Of a DNA stretch of 64,000 nucleotides, positions 36,582 through 51,600 are shown one piece after another (position 1 is the first letter of the stretch; each line of letters opens with the position of its first letter). Location: contig NC_134031.1 of assembly GCF_964204645.1 (NCBI RefSeq), forward strand, positions 19,537,910 to 19,601,909, written 5' to 3'. A program made the translations under genes and the position numbers. The notes under the pieces were generated by a model, which worked only from the letters and a program-made list of their open reading frames with translations, was not told the DNA's origin and did no database searches. The DNA is from Tubulanus polymorphus. Taxonomy: Eukaryota; Animalia; Nemertea.

Positions 36582-39546
36582 CACTTAATGTTCAATATTT
36601 GCATTCACGGTCGAAAACGCTAGAAATTGTTTCTATTCAGGCAGAAGAGCTGGAACAGTAGTTAAACTAGTTTTTATGCAAACTACAAGCTAGATATATA
36701 TTTGAATAGATGGATTTTCGATATAAAAATGAAAAGTTGTTCGCCTGTCAGCGTTTATTATGCATAACAACATCAGTGTTGTGTGATGATAGTGGCCGGC
36801 TGGTTGCCTTTCAAACATGCAATTGAAACCGGTGTCGATTTTCCCATCGCTGGAGAATTATTGAATTTCTCGTTTAAAAGTAAAGGACACTCGTAACTGA
36901 ATAAACCTAATGCTGCTGTTGTGAATTCATTGCATAAAAACGCGTTGAACAACATCACACCTGCTGGACCGAACTAAACATGCGGGGCAAAGCATGGAAA
37001 TAGATTCGAAAATTCACCCAACTCTTGAGTCGCTATTCCGTCCCGGTATATTTTCTGGGTCAACACTTTATTTTAGGATTGTGAAAAGGACCTCAGACGT
37101 GGTGACGATTTCTATAGATTGCCCGCTTGTTCGTCCACGATACGACCTATGACCGAGGTTCCCGTGTCGCATCACTTGCAATATCGCGGATTACTAAACA
37201 CCGATCCATTTTCTGTTTAGCGATGGTTAGTTCGGTGACATTTTCATTCCAGTGCGATGATTACCGCTGACGATATAGCAACTCTCGTAATGACACCTAC
37301 AATTAGGCCGTTCCCCTCTTGTCTTCTCCTAAACAGCGTTTTTTTACAGTTGAATTCCTGTCCGGACCTGTAGCGACTGGACAGAATCACCGGTCTGATA
37401 AATACGACTATAGTCTTTGCCAATCTCGAAAGGTTGAGTGATATACTGACGTGTTTGGGACCTTTACACGTTCGTGTATCGTTTTTGAACCTACCACTAC
37501 AGTTAACGGAATCCACAGTCCCGACAAAGCGTTGTATTTTTTCTTTTCATAATCCTAAGCAAACGAATGAATGCAAATTGTAGCTTATTTCGGGATCGGC
37601 GGCACATTGCACCCGATCGAAGACCGCGAGCATTATTCGCCGGGTTGGACTTGGTATTTATTTATATCCGTCGCCGAAAGCTATACGATTCGATGATATG
37701 TGTTCTTTTTAAGTTTGCCATACATGTGAAGAAACCCCCGGAAGGCTGTTTATTTTGAAGTCGGTGACATTCGCAACTTTTTTCAACGAAGACAGAAACA
37801 TCGAATCAAGAACTACGAAAAATTAAATGCGACTCATTAAAAGTTTCAGCAGTTTAAGGCCACTCCCAGGCCGACGGCGTGATGTGCGTAACACAAGCCT
37901 AAAATCGAGATGTGAGTTGCACGAACTGCGATCTCACGGAGTGGGTGTGTCAGCAAAAACTAATACACATAGTGCACGGATCAGTGCAGATATAATATAC
38001 AAGACTACTGCAAGATACATGTTGAACATCAAAATCAATACATTTCATAGAAGTTCGAAAGATCTGGTTGCAACATACATAGTTATAATAATTATCTGTA
38101 TCGACTATTTAATCAGTTATCTTCTTCTACATCTCTGCTGTTTTAACACGAGATAGAAATGAATCTTATAGCGGTGTCTCCGCGTGAATTGTGCCACAAT
38201 ACATCTGGTGTCAGCAGCAGTCCAGGTGACCCTTGCCTGAGGTAAACCCTACACTCTTCGGTTAGCTTCGTCTTGATGTTGCGGCTTAAGTCAAAGCGAC
38301 CAGGATAAACTTCTGACAAGTTGCTGAGAGGCGGATCTGTAAAATCTAGTTGATATGATCTGATTAGTCAATGATCTTTCGGCCGGTAAAGAATCTCACA
38401 CTAAACAATCAAATAGATACCGGAGATGACACGATGGATTACGCAGGATTAGCAGCCCACATCTAATAATAAGGATTCACACAATAAAATCCACTCTGAC
38501 TCATTTTATTGTGTTGAAGTGTTACAATGATATTCTATAAGGTCCACTGCCTCGGGCTCCAACCTTCCTCAGCCGCTCACCGCACGGAGTTTCTCACGCG
38601 TTTCTGGGGTTAGAATCTACATTTGAGTTTCAATTAGTACATGAGTGATGACGGGAATGTGAACAAAATGATAAGTCGTGAAGATTTGAATGAATCCTGA
38701 GTAAAGTGTTGAAATAAATCCATAGAAGCGTAAGTGTACAATAAGACTCATTTTGAACGTTTTCGGGAACATTTTCCCGCCCCTGGTCAAAGAAATTACA
38801 AAACTGGATAATGTATTGGTATTTATACACATACGAGTCCTTGATGATGATAACACGCTATTACTCTATGAACTGATTACATAGAAACTAATGAGTGCTT
38901 ATCTTATGAATGTCTGAGGCCCGAAGAAGCACTGTAAACATGTTGGTATCTTAATTAATCATTCTCCAATGATTCCACCTGATGCAAGTTCGCATTCACA
39001 GGGTATCACGGGAACGATGAAACAGCGAGCCTATCCCTCGGTTAAATCTTAAATCCTTTCTTTCGGGCTCCGCGCGTTTTATTGTCTCTGAACAAAGAAG
39101 ATTTCGAAATTAAATATTTAACGTGATGAGACCTCGAATCGCTGTGACATCCGTTCTTTTTAGAGTCGACCACTTTGGTAGATTGAATACGCTGTGAGAA
39201 GTCGGCATGTCGTAAATGAGCTTTCATAAGGGCCACTTGTGTTCGTAGAGAGGGTTTTATTCCCCAAGGTGGATAAACGTACTCGGGCAATCTGCCGCTC
39301 TGATCGGCATTCTGACCGATGAGATAAGCGTGCCAGTAACAACGCTTATAAAAATCATTATATTGGCTCTCAGTTTGTTCCATTACATTAAAACTGCGAG
39401 TCATCGTGATAACGATGGCTGCCTCCATAAAACCTCTATGACGTCACGAGGGACAGGCTTCTTAGCTGACAATTTCGCTTTCTGTTCAAACGGGGAGGTT
39501 GTTTTGTGAATTGTTAATCACTTAACGTTTCAAGACGATCGAACTG

Positions 39547-39598
39547 GAGTCTGTAGTGGTCAGACAGATTGAGCTGAGTCTGTAGTGGTCAGACAGAT
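39547..39598. repeat. 23-bp direct duplication (gagtctgtagtggtcagacagat x2, 29-bp period)
   Basis: Direct observation. Confidence 0.85.
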
Positions 39599-39737
39599 AA
39601 CATTATTCCCGATAGTGATGACTACAAAACTACGATGGAAAAGTCCTTGTATCCTGCGAGAGGAGGAATCGTAGATTCTTCCCGTCGCTCGTCAATAGAT
39701 ACCTTATCCTGGTACCCATCAAATTATAAGTACATTA

Positions 39738-40031
39738 GCCGTGATCACTCGGAGTCGATTTGGCAAGGTCCGAATTGGCACGGAACAAATTTGGCCCGGT
39801 GTCTAATCAGAGAGCCCGTTCACACCGATACCATTGACTCGATACTAATGCTTAAACAAAGCGAAGTGAGTCACTTCCGAAACTAGTTGCAATTCACACG
39901 CAATCATTTTTCCCGTGCTAGAATTTGTCTCGGGCCTGGTCTGATGTTTTTGATCGGGCCAAACAGCACGGGCCCATCTGGCACCCGTGCGAACGGTTGT
40001 TCCGGGCCAAAAATGCTCGTGTGATCGTGGC
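39738..40031 (+). mobile_element. PIF/Harbinger-like MITE (family D, ~295 bp)
   Basis: TIR gccgtgatcac / gtgatcgtggc; homologous to 47586-47853 (-), 60517-60689 and 33739-33862. Confidence 0.8.
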
Positions 40032-42513
40032 TATGAAGACAGCAAATCGGCGAATGACGCAGTCCTTCAGCTATTCGTAATATCCTTAAGACTTCAACCG
40101 CACGTAAACATTTATATATGAGGACACATAACACAAACGAGATTTCGAATTCCTCAGATTGCGAGCAACAAGTATTTATCGGCGTCTATCCTCGATGTGC
40201 TCCGGTATCGATTATATCAGTTCCTATCGTAAATTGATTCGTGAATCGATATTTCAATTATAATGTTCTGGAATTTATCAATTTATTCTTGTGAACGGCA
40301 AGATGCGATATACGATTTAATCTAGCATTAATATCTGTCCGCAATTTCATCAAGTGGATAATTGAATTTCAGATTGAATTAGATGATCCACAAATATAGG
40401 GTAAATCGGACGTTTTGTCCTTCGAAGAATCTGCTAGGCCTTTTGATCTATCCAAACTGAAAACATTTTTCCTAGTTTCGATGAGACCATATCAAATTCG
40501 TGTAACATCATAATGTCATGTTCGACAATAAGTTTCCCAATGTGGCCTGGTTACTTTATCCCTTCAAAAACTGATTATGACGATTATTCTACCTTTAAGA
40601 AGACGCTTCGTGACAAATGCAACTTGTTAAGTAACACAGTGAACGTCAACTGACTCGTGAAAAAACTATGTAGGTCGAAAGAGAATTGCTCGAAATCTAA
40701 AAGGTCTTTTGAAAATGGAATTGTATACAATTGCTCCGATGTTTCCTATTGTCTGAGGGGCAAATTTTCGTAGTGAATGAAAAAGCGTCGAGTAAGGAAT
40801 AGGCATCAAGAACACGCTTTTTGATATTTGAGTGTGTATGAAGAACCACCGTTCGATCGGCTGATGTGAAAGTTGGGTATTTTTGTTCCTGAAAGACGTT
40901 TCATCTAGTATCAATATCTTACTGAATGTTTATCTCAACTCTAAACATGCTTTGAACAGCAGCATCTGCGCCGTTACGATTACGGATATTAAATTTATCT
41001 TCTACCGCAAGAAGATTATCATTTTCCTTTAATTGATTCTCCGCCATTTTGTCTGTTCTGCTTCTTTTGTGATGTGCGTAATCTTCATATAAAATAAACA
41101 GCGGTTCGGGTGGAGTATTCATATATCTTTATCAATTGCAAAACATCGATACTGGGCCTCTGTTCCCTCCTTAGAGATAACATCAACGCCTCAACTCTCC
41201 CAGCTCTCCCTCCCTCTCTTCCTCGGCTCCCGATAACAACTTCGCTGATACCATCATAACCCAGTAACCATAATGTATCCGTTGAACGGAAGAAACAAGA
41301 ATATTTTCCCGTCTTTGTTGTAGTCAAGTCAAACGACAATGGTCCATTATGATGGATAGAAGTAATCATAGTGAACCGACGTATCACGACGGTCGGGAAA
41401 ATAATAATAGCCGACTTAATTATGCTCTTTACCGAATAAAAAAAAGGCTTTCGTGTCGACTGGTGGGTGGTATTAAAGCCTGCAAGAGGTTTTTTGTTAC
41501 CGATTAGAATCAGGAAACAATTCTGACCTACAAAATGGTCTCATGGCTATTGTTATTCTCGTACTATACTGAAAAAGAACATTCATTTTGACCACAGTGC
41601 ACGCACGCGAATGATGGATTCAGCTGAATTCATGATATTTCAAATCAAATTCCAACAACTTTGGGACATCCATATCACAGGCGATTGAGCCATACGTTTT
41701 CAGTACTAAACGAGTGCCACCTCCCAACATGATTGAGCCTTACATTTCTCATGCTCCTGGACTCCGAGCGACCGCTGACCGGACTGACCGGACAAAATGA
41801 TGAGAATATACCGCATTTCTATGATCATCGCAAATGTTTTTATACTCGCTGGACAGTTCGCGAATGGATAATTCACGACAGACTGGTCAACATATGGCTA
41901 TTTTATTAATAAAGATCTCGCGTGTCGAGTCGAAATGCACCTCTTAAAAAGCTCATAAACACATGAGTAGCTGATCGCAGCCTAATTAGCCGATTCTTAT
42001 CCCATCTGTTCGTAGGTTTCTTAGAGACGATCGATGTTCAATTTCGATCCTTTATTTTTTGATGAACACTTTTTCCTCAACAGTTCTCTCGGCCGCTCGT
42101 TCGGAAGCTTTGTTTTCATTGGGTTTTCGTTATTAAGTGTCGTTGAAATACGCCGCTCCCTATCGCCGGAATCAATGCGCCTGTCTCGGGCACATCCGGC
42201 CAATTACTCTTCTAGTTAACGACGCATTCGCATCTTTTTTTCTCCGATTCGTTCAACTGTGATTTAGAAAAAAATGGATCCCGCGGCCATCATCAAACTG
42301 AACGACGCAGGTTTCTTTGAACAGGCTAAATCAGGTAAAAGCGACATAAAAATGTCGAAATAGAGGAGACACTGAGTGATAGAGTGGCGTATATGAAGTT
42401 GCATTTCAAGTGTTTCGATTTACATTCAAGATTAAAGATTTTAAACGGATGAGATTTGAGATGTCGATACCGAGGAGTGAAGAATATAGACTGAGTTGCG
42501 GCAAGAATACATC

Positions 42514-42677
42514 CAGGAGCGGGCACAGGAAATCCGTGATTAGGCTAATCACTTAAAATAAGAATCTGTGCGAAATCGCAGTTATAGCTAACAGCGGTTT
42601 CCTGCACCCATTTACGCCTAACCACAGTTTACTAACCCCGGATTAGCACTAACAGGGTTTTCCTGCGCATGCCCCAG
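42514..42677. mobile_element. Harbinger-like MITE
   Basis: caggagcgggcacaggaaatcc / gggttttcctgcgcatgccccag. Confidence 0.55.
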
Positions 42678-44508
42678 GACGTTTAAAGGTTTCCAGGTTT
42701 TTACATATATCCCCAATGCCTTCGGTAAAACCTGGCCTAGTGTCATAAAAAAAGACTAACTCTTAATTTCAATTTCTTCGATAAGTCATGTAGTTTATCA
42801 TGAATCGATTTAGAAAACAAATCCTATCTGTGAAGCTAGGCCCCGCGCGTGTCGGGCAGCCTGCGTACAAAATCGGATTTAGCCGTGTGTGCCACTGACT
42901 GACGAGGGGGGGGGGTGATCATCAGCTTAAAGCGCTTTGGATTTTACAACGACAAAAAGCTACCGTTGCCACCCCAAAAAAATTGAGGAAACTTTATAAG
43001 GCCACACCCGCGCACGTTGTTCACAGATAATGAGCAGTACTGCTGGCGACTCCACGATCATCGTTTATTCTGTAGTCGCTGTCAGGAAACACAGGCGGAA
43101 GCCGTTGCTGATGCCTTGCGTCACCAATTATTATCCAAGCCATTTAACGTAAAGAAAGGGAAAATTTTCCTTGACACGTCAATCGGTTATGTTCTATAAC
43201 GATGACACTTTTTTACGTCGTCTAAATTTGGTAACAATGGCACAAGCGGAAATTGACATCGAGATGGACCTTTTAGTGGTAATTACGTTGTCATCGTGAA
43301 TCGGCGTGTACGCCAAGGCGAAATCTTAAGTCTTACAATATTCACCACTTCTCGTTGTATTATCAACATACTTATCTGAATTGATTTTATGTTGCTCCTT
43401 TGATCCGTTTGATTGGTTGATCTTGATTTGATGTACCTTACAAACCTATACCGCACCTGCCGGGATTGTATGTTATGAAAATAGTCCATGGTTAGCCAAA
43501 TACGAAAAATGATGCATGCCCTGGCCGTATCATTCGGGTGCCTTAAGCCAGCCTTTAGTCTTACTCAAAGCATGGACGTATTAATTAGTTTTTCCGTCCA
43601 CGCTTAACGTATCCTTTATATTAAACTGCTGGGACTGCATGCATTTGATGGTTGTGACAAAGCTTTTTTTTACATATGCATTGTGTTTCTTAACACCTTT
43701 GTAAGTTTTCAGGCCGAGAGGTTTTTTTTTACTTTCGACTCATTCACGATCTGTGAGAGCGTATTATTTCAGCCTGACGTATCACTTTGTCACTTCACAT
43801 TTAACACAAAGAGTTTCATTTCCAGCCACTTGATAAAGCCCCCCGATCCTCTTAGCCGTCAACTTTATCAAACCTTCTCGCAAGATTAGCCTTTTGATAT
43901 TGTTTTTAATGCGCCTGATAATGCATCAGTTCATCGATAAAATCTAGGAATACCCTTTACAATGATGGAAATCATTGAATTTAAATTCACCGACATCCAT
44001 TCGTCTCTCTTCCTCTCTCATTTCGCAAGTTAATGCTCGACTTCTTTTGAAACTGCAAAAAAATATCGTCGACTAAAATAACAATCCCTCGAAAATACAA
44101 ACCTTCGAAATACGTTGACTTTTTCGTCAAAATATGGCGTAATTCTGCGCATAAAAATGTAGCGATGGCGTTAGATGGTTGTGATGCCCGCGGGACACGA
44201 TTTAACTTCTATTATCAATGCTCTTGTTCCCGTAATCCTGTAGCCTACTCTTGCAGCCATCTGAACTACAACTCTATTAATTACTGGCGTTCGAAGCCAC
44301 TCAATGTTGTCATCATCTATACCTTTATGTTGTCGACGACGAATTTGCAGAGCATGTTTCCAGTAGAAAAAGTAACGTGCACACACGTGTTCTGACAGGA
44401 ACATTCAATCCGCAGAATATTTCCCGTTGTCTCTTTGTCCCATTCATTTATTGTAATTGCCTCAGGATGATTTATAAATTCAAAATCGTGATAATGAGGA
44501 GTATTGTA

Positions 44509-44651
44509 CAGGGGCCAGTTGCTCAAAAAAGATAACCGGTGGGTAAATAACATAATAACAATGAACTTTTAATTGTCACTATGTCAACTATCCACCGTTA
44601 GCCCTAACCATGAAAGTTTGATATGGACATCTATTGAGCAACTGGACCCTG
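44509..44651. mobile_element. PIF/Harbinger-like MITE, same family as 8047-8168
   Basis: caggggccagttgctcaa / ttgagcaactggaccctg. Confidence 0.75.
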
Positions 44652-46216
44652 CTCTTTAAAGTCCTAATTCGAAATATTTTGGATTTGACATCCACAAGAT
44701 GTCCTGTTACAGTGAACTCTTTTCAACCGTATACCGGCCAATTTGGTGGAACTTGAAGTTTTATTTGTAATCATGGCTTGATGTGTGGCCATATTTAGGC
44801 CTTTGCTATATTGCCTTCGTCAAATGAAATTACAACTGTTGCTTTTGTCTCCATAACGACGAGTGCGCTGCAACAGTGTATCAATTGGTTTAATTCCAGT
44901 GTCCGGAATTGACCGTAGTCAGAGTCTGAGAGGGAGCAATTCGCCTACCACTCCGAACACAATTGAGCAGTCAAAATTCAATATAGTTGGCATTGAATAA
45001 ACAAATTGTGCCAGCTAAAGTAAATAAGCTCGGCAATCGGAAAGTTGATTGCCTTCGTGGCGGATTTCTCTTCCGCCCTCCGCGTCATCGTGGAGCGGCT
45101 GCGATATTTTCGCTAATGTACAATTATTTTACTACTCTGTCGACTCGGTCGTTATCGCCCGAAAGCAATTCCATTAAAATCATGTGACGTATCCATCATT
45201 TTCTTGAACCGGCTACGTACTTATAGTAATAAGGCTAAAAATCGAGCTATATACGTCACCATCCATAGAGCAAGGCTCGGAAAAATTGCTACAATTTTTA
45301 AGACTTGTAGAAATCACGGTCGCTACGCCACTCGAGAATGGTCGATGATCATGTATTAAAAGGGTTTCGCAGTTTTCTTTGTAAATCCTAACAATAGTTC
45401 AAAGACTTTTCACGTAATAATCCCCGAAGGCATGGCAAAGGAAATCCATTACGGGGAAGCTGAATTTAGAACGTAAAACTCCGATCAAAGAAAATTACCT
45501 ACAACGCTTCATTCTAGAAGCGACCATATTGATTTCATTCGGTTTTTAAAAAAGATAATGAGAAAATATTTCGTCGAAAGAAAAAATACGACGACGATCG
45601 TTTACGACCAATCAAATCATGGACTCTTTACGCGATGGTTCTTCCATTGAGTTCACCGCCCTCGCATGCCAGAGATGGCTCCCGATCGGTTAATTAGGGG
45701 TTGGATACATTTTCTATATTCAGGACCAGTCACTAATAAGATTTAGTCACAGCGATGAAAACCGGATGTTTCGGAGGACGCTCATTAGAGACATGTAGCA
45801 ATATTGAGGTCAGTTCCGTATTCTGCCACCGGACGACGTGAATGATGAAACTAATTCCCTAGTTTCAAGAGTTGTGAAGTCCAGTACCGTCTACAAATGA
45901 CAGACATTCTTTATTTTGAAAATGGGTGACTTCATCAGATTTTGCATTTTGTTATTGTTTCAGTTGGTTTGCAAAGGAAGCAAGCATCGTCCAACTTGAC
46001 AGACGAGATCGGAATGCATTCGCTTACACGACGCTCTTGAGCCGATTTTTAGTTGAATGCGATTCTGTTTTCCAATTTGTCATTGAATTGGTAAGTTGGC
46101 AAAAGCAGCACTGTCCAACTTCATATACTAGACCGGTATGCCTTCCACGCCTTCCACTCTGGCTTACTTCAGTAAAGGTCGGCGGCATTATATATCAATA
46201 TGGGTTTCGTTCTCCT

Positions 46217-46281
46217 TTGGAGTAATCAGTTGATTACTCCAAGGTTGGAGTAATCATTTGGTTACTCCAAGGTTGAGTAAT
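46217..46281. repeat. Tandem 28-bp palindromic units (2.3 copies)
   Basis: ttggagtaatcagttgattactccaagg at 46217, ttggagtaatcatttggttactccaagg at 46245, partial unit at 46273. Confidence 0.85.
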
Positions 46282-47585
46282 TGAGTCAAATCATTACTTC
46301 AGAGGCTCTCCGAATCGGCCTTTCTCCGTGAGGTTTTGTTCTCCGCAGTCTCCATTTCCCAAATATACCGATACCGTACCAATGATGCGCTCTGAATTTC
46401 ACAACAGCAAAATGGCAGACGGCGTGATTCATAGCTTAGTAGGGTGCAACACGTTTCTGTCGTAGACTCGTTTAATCCGCCCTGCTGTAATCATCCTCGA
46501 CATGTCACAAAACATGTAATTAATCAAGCGGTTCTATGTTAATCCACTTTCTATATACGCATTTAACGAGGTGCGTCACAATATTGCGGTTGCGTCATTT
46601 CTAACTTCTTCATCCGAAATGACTATCAGGGGTTTGACCACTTCTGATACCACTTCCATAGTCGTGGCTAAGGCTTAAGACCAGTCCAAGACCGTCTTAG
46701 TTGTATAGTCAATCCAACTAGTCAAGGCCAGTCTTAAGATTAAATACCAATTTGGGACCTTATGTCTGGCCTCTGGAACTACAGGCGGTGTTTATCAGAA
46801 ATCAGCATCGAACTCATCGATAGCCTCATTTTTCTTACTGAATTAATCTCTCAAAACCATCCAATGCCAACTTCATAGAGATAACTTTCCAATGTTTGCT
46901 GACTCGAGGTGGTTCAGGGTTTATGTCTTAGTTTCGGGCTATGAATTAGGATTTGTGCTTTAATATTTTCTATTAATTAGAATATGAATCATTTGCCGAT
47001 GGTCGCAACGCGAGCTGAGATTGCTGTCACACACCGTATAAGATAATGATCTGATAATGACCTTCGCATCTTCGTAAATGCGGTAACGATGAGTCATAGT
47101 TTATTCGCGAGAAAACGAGACAACAAGTGTCTATTTCATATCGATGGCCCTTTTAACAATCCATTAAGAGTGTGTGCTCGTTTTTCTATCGAAGCCCTGC
47201 AGCCCTAGAACCCGCGGACCACTTATTGGTTTGTTTGTGTTTCGTGAGTCATAATATTCATGCGCTAAATCATCAGGTCTTTCGGCGTTATATTGCAAGA
47301 TGTAGAAATATTTCTTGTTGGAAAACGAATGATGTTGAATTCTGACTGGCCGCCACCATGAAAGACGCAACGGCCATTCTAACCGTTTTATAATCTCCAC
47401 CACTCGCTTGCCGGTTCAGGCTGCAGGGTGGATGATTGCTTTTACGAAACAGAACCGATATTTCTATTTATACAAAGTCCCAACTATATCAGTAATTCGG
47501 TTTCAAAATCACACCCCTGTTTCGTTCCCGGCAGGTACGTTGGGTTTGTAAAGGCAACTAACTATCAAATCAATCAAATGAATAA

Positions 47586-47853
47586 GCCGCGATCGCATGA
47601 GCATTTTGGCCCGGAACGTTCACGCGAGTGCCAAATTTAGCCCGACCAAAAACATCAGACCAGGCCCGAGCCAAATTTCAGCACAAATGACTGCATGTGA
47701 ATTGCAACTGGTTCCGGACGTTATAACATTGTTTAGTATCGAGTGAGTGGTTTACGTGTGAGTGCGCTCTCTAATTAGGCACGGGCCAAATTTGACTCGG
47801 GCCTGACCCGTGCCAATTTGACCCGGGCCAAATCGTCTCCGCGTAATCGCGGC
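47586..47853 (-). mobile_element. Family D MITE with TAA target-site duplication
   Basis: taa|gccgcgat...atcgcggc|taa; a 3-bp TAA TSD is typical of PIF/Harbinger; sits at the end of a family G tail (47516-47580). Confidence 0.85.
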
Positions 47854-48492
47854 TAAGAGGGACAATCATCCCATGCATGAGGTAATGATTACAACTTGTA
47901 CCCATAATGACAGGATCATCCGAATCCACATTCATTTAGGACTGGCTCATTTTTACATCATCAAAGATATTTCACACTCCTCGATGAAGTTTCTAATACA
48001 AGCCAGCGAATCCTTTTTTGTCGTTGAGTCCATCGAAGATGATGCAACAGATCGAAAATTCCTCGATCTTCGCATGTCTTCTATCGCTGGAGAGATTTCC
48101 CCATGATCTAGCACGGCTGACAGCTCTGCGCAAATTAATTTCCGTTAACGCGTTACGACGATGATAATATCTAATCAGTTATAAAAAATGGCGAATTTCC
48201 TTTCGGTGCGAATTGATAATTTCATCGGTGAATGTCGAATTCATCAAAATACCGAATTGATTTCGTTGAAATTATTCAATTTCGTAAGCGTCGGTTCGAA
48301 GATACTCCGCGTTTTGAAAAACGATCAGCCGAACACGATTATCCAATCCTCGAATTATATCCGCTTATCGAAATTTCGAGACCAACTTTTCACAACTTTT
48401 TAACGGGAATTTTGCAGACCTTAAACATGAGTTTATCGGAAATAAATGAAAACGTAACGAAGCCAATGAGCCAATGAGCAAACTACCTTAAT

Positions 48493-48621
48493 CAGGGCTC
48501 GATTTCGCAAAAAAAGATAACATTCGTAATTTTATCAAATTTATTCAACCCATCGCCGACGTGGGATTGACTATGTTTAAATCGATTATAGATTTCACCA
48601 TGTTTGTAAAGCCTGGCCCAG
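48493..48621. mobile_element. Degenerate Harbinger-like MITE
   Basis: cagggctcgatttcgcaaaa / tttgtaaagcctggcccag. Confidence 0.45.
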
Positions 48622-51600
48622 TGGCTCTTGTTAAGTAGATGATACTTTAAATAAATGAATTAACATTGTCTTTTGTTTTGAAGAAAATCGATTTCGGCCA
48701 GCAGAAGTGCGGTTCGTCTGACGCAGAATAGAATGTTGATAACATCTTGACGTCGAAGACACCAATAAAAGAAAGATAAAAAAGGAATAAAAAACTTGAG
48801 GAGGTATTCAGCATGTTCAACCCGCGAAATTGGTGTTCTTTTATTGAACTGAACACCGTGGTAAAGACTAAGAGATAGCATGCAAATATTGCCACATGCA
48901 CGACCCGTGCCTCTCGCCTTGTGTGGAAGTTGGGAACGTAGAAACCGAAATACAAAGCTGCTGAAGCAAATATAACAGAGTCGTCACAATTACACCGGGC
49001 GTCAACACTGATTACAGAAAAAAAAATCTCATTATTCCAGAAATGTCTCTAAGCGTTACAAACATCCTGAGCTCAAACGCCTTCGGGCTTTTAGAGTGAG
49101 TCATCTTTGGCTTTCAATTAGCGGGAAAACTTTTTTAAACAGGATGTCTCTACCTAGCTTTAATCTTATCTTTGGCTTGTGTCGAGAAAGTCGCGCAACA
49201 CGCGCGTGCGCCGGAAATGCACGGCTCTAGCCGATAGCGCTTACACGTTCACATGCACGAGATGCTCATTTCATCGAGGGTTTACGTTATCAATAATTTG
49301 GTTGTTGAAATAACTGATTGTCATATTGACAAACACGCTATCTTAAAAAGATATGAGTAAATGTTAGATTTGTTGACTCTTTTTAGGCGGATATTCGTTG
49401 TACATTTTTCATGCAGTGCATCAGTTATAAATCACCTGCGCTCAGCTGTTCTAAATCCACCCGCCGTGTCTCATCATATTGACGCTCATTCAAATATCAT
49501 CACGACTCTCCCGTCCACTATATCAAGGAAAACTGATGAAGAATCGCCCAGAATTTTAACGGTTTCAGTCTATGTGAACTAATGGCTGACATAAGCCTGG
49601 AATACTATCGTACTTTTCGACATCTCAATACAAACTACTACATAGTAATAATAGGTCGGATGTGTGTTGGTAATTTCGTTCATAATCGCCTCTAATTGCG
49701 TATAAACTTCTCCGCAGAAAATCACCGATACCGAATTACCAGCAGAATGCCGTCTGCTGAGTCTCTCCGCCAGACACAGCGCAGAGGCAGAGGTCGTCGG
49801 ACGCAAATATTGTGAAAAGTCGCATATGGCTATTTCTCGTATAAGCCAATGTTTAATACGTTCTCGTCAGTGGCGTATTCGAGACGTCATCGCGGATAAA
49901 CTCGACACGGGATGGCTTAACTCTAGTAAGCTTCCATTTATGTTTGGTTAGTCTTTTATAGACCGCCATATGAAGCCACGCCATATCCTGCACGGGTCGA
50001 TGGGAGATAATAAAAACTTCCATCCCGAGCAAGGATTTAATTGCGACGTGATTAGGCCACGCGAGCTGAACAAGTTGTTTCGTGTTGTCACCACTGTCCA
50101 TAGACATGGGGTCAAATTCCGTTCGATCTATTGCTCCTAGACGACAGAGATTGCTTGGCCTATGCATTATTCCATATTTTCTAAAAGAAAATGCTAGCCA
50201 CCGTTTGTCATCGAGTCAGTTATCATTGCAGTTTTTTTATCGGACACATTTTTAGCTTATACTTCATCCCTCCATGTTTACCTCTTTGGCCTAAACCCTC
50301 GACATGGCTGTATGGAAATCGATGATTTAACTTGCTTGGCCTGGAGCTCAGTTGACTGCTCGCGTGTCACGCGAAACCAACTGTTGCCGGCGCGGAGAAA
50401 AGAGGAAACTGACGAGGATACCCGGGATAAACCGATTGACGGCTAAAATGACGAGATATTTACTTCAATAAATCGATTCTCTTCCAGACCGCGCTCTATT
50501 ATTTTTAGATGATTAGAGATTATGCGCGAAGAAACTGGCGGTGAACTCGTCGTCCAACATCAATGGCCGACGCGGCCAAACGAACTAAAAAACTAATAAT
50601 CCGCAATTTCCTTATGACGCATCGTAAGAAAACATTCGACGTTGAAAAAAATGAATCTTGATTTTAACCTTTGATCTTCAAGTCTCTATAAACAAGGATT
50701 TGATGAAAGAAACGGCAGCGATCTCATCTGCATGGTCTCGCTCGAAGCGCAATGAATACGAACGGTTTTTCAACGGGTAAAACAGTATGAAATCTATCGC
50801 ATTCTGAATATGCGATGATGCGGAAGATATCGGGAGGTAAGAGAGATAGCTGCTCCGATATCGACGGGGATCAGCGCGCGCCGCTGGTTCACCTGTTAGC
50901 ATCAGGTGGTCGAACGTATCAATACTTATCCCGATACTTACCCCGATAGTTCGCTCTCACTCGCCGTGAGAGAGCGCATCATCTTTTATTCAATTACATC
51001 GATAGAGATTTCTGCTGCTACACCCTCTCTCTCTCTCTTTCTCTCTATCAGGGCCGAACGGTCTTATTTGCCACTCTGTCGGTGATAATTGCTCGTCGTT
51101 CGATCTTCACGTCAGTATCGTGTCACACGACGCGCGGTGTGAGTGTGATCGGGTGAACTAGAGGCCATCGTGCTCAATCAGTCCTCATCTTAAGTCAACA
51201 AAAACACCAGCTCCACTGATATCCAATGAATAACATCTCCGATGATGAGACTTCCTGAAAATATCGTCCACAATAAATTATAACTCATTTTCAATTAACA
51301 AAAGTGTATCGCAAACAGGGAATGCATTGCATACTCAAGCTATCTTGAATTTACTATTTGATGCTGTCATCTGGATCGGTCAAATATCCTCTGATAGCCC
51401 CCAATGTCTGCCTTAGAGATAGGGAATATCTGCGTGTAGTCATTCGTATTGCCCACAATGGCCCAAATCAACAGATGCCCTTCGCGTACTCAAACTGGTG
51501 AACCCACGGAAACTTGGATCATCCCTCGCAGGCTCGATTCGGGGCACCCTTATTTATAGTCGCGATATACAAAACAATATTCGGCGATTATATAGAAAAC

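Noticed and set aside
46217-46281. Palindromic 28-bp repeats resembling CRISPR direct repeats
   Set aside because: No spacers and only 2.3 copies.
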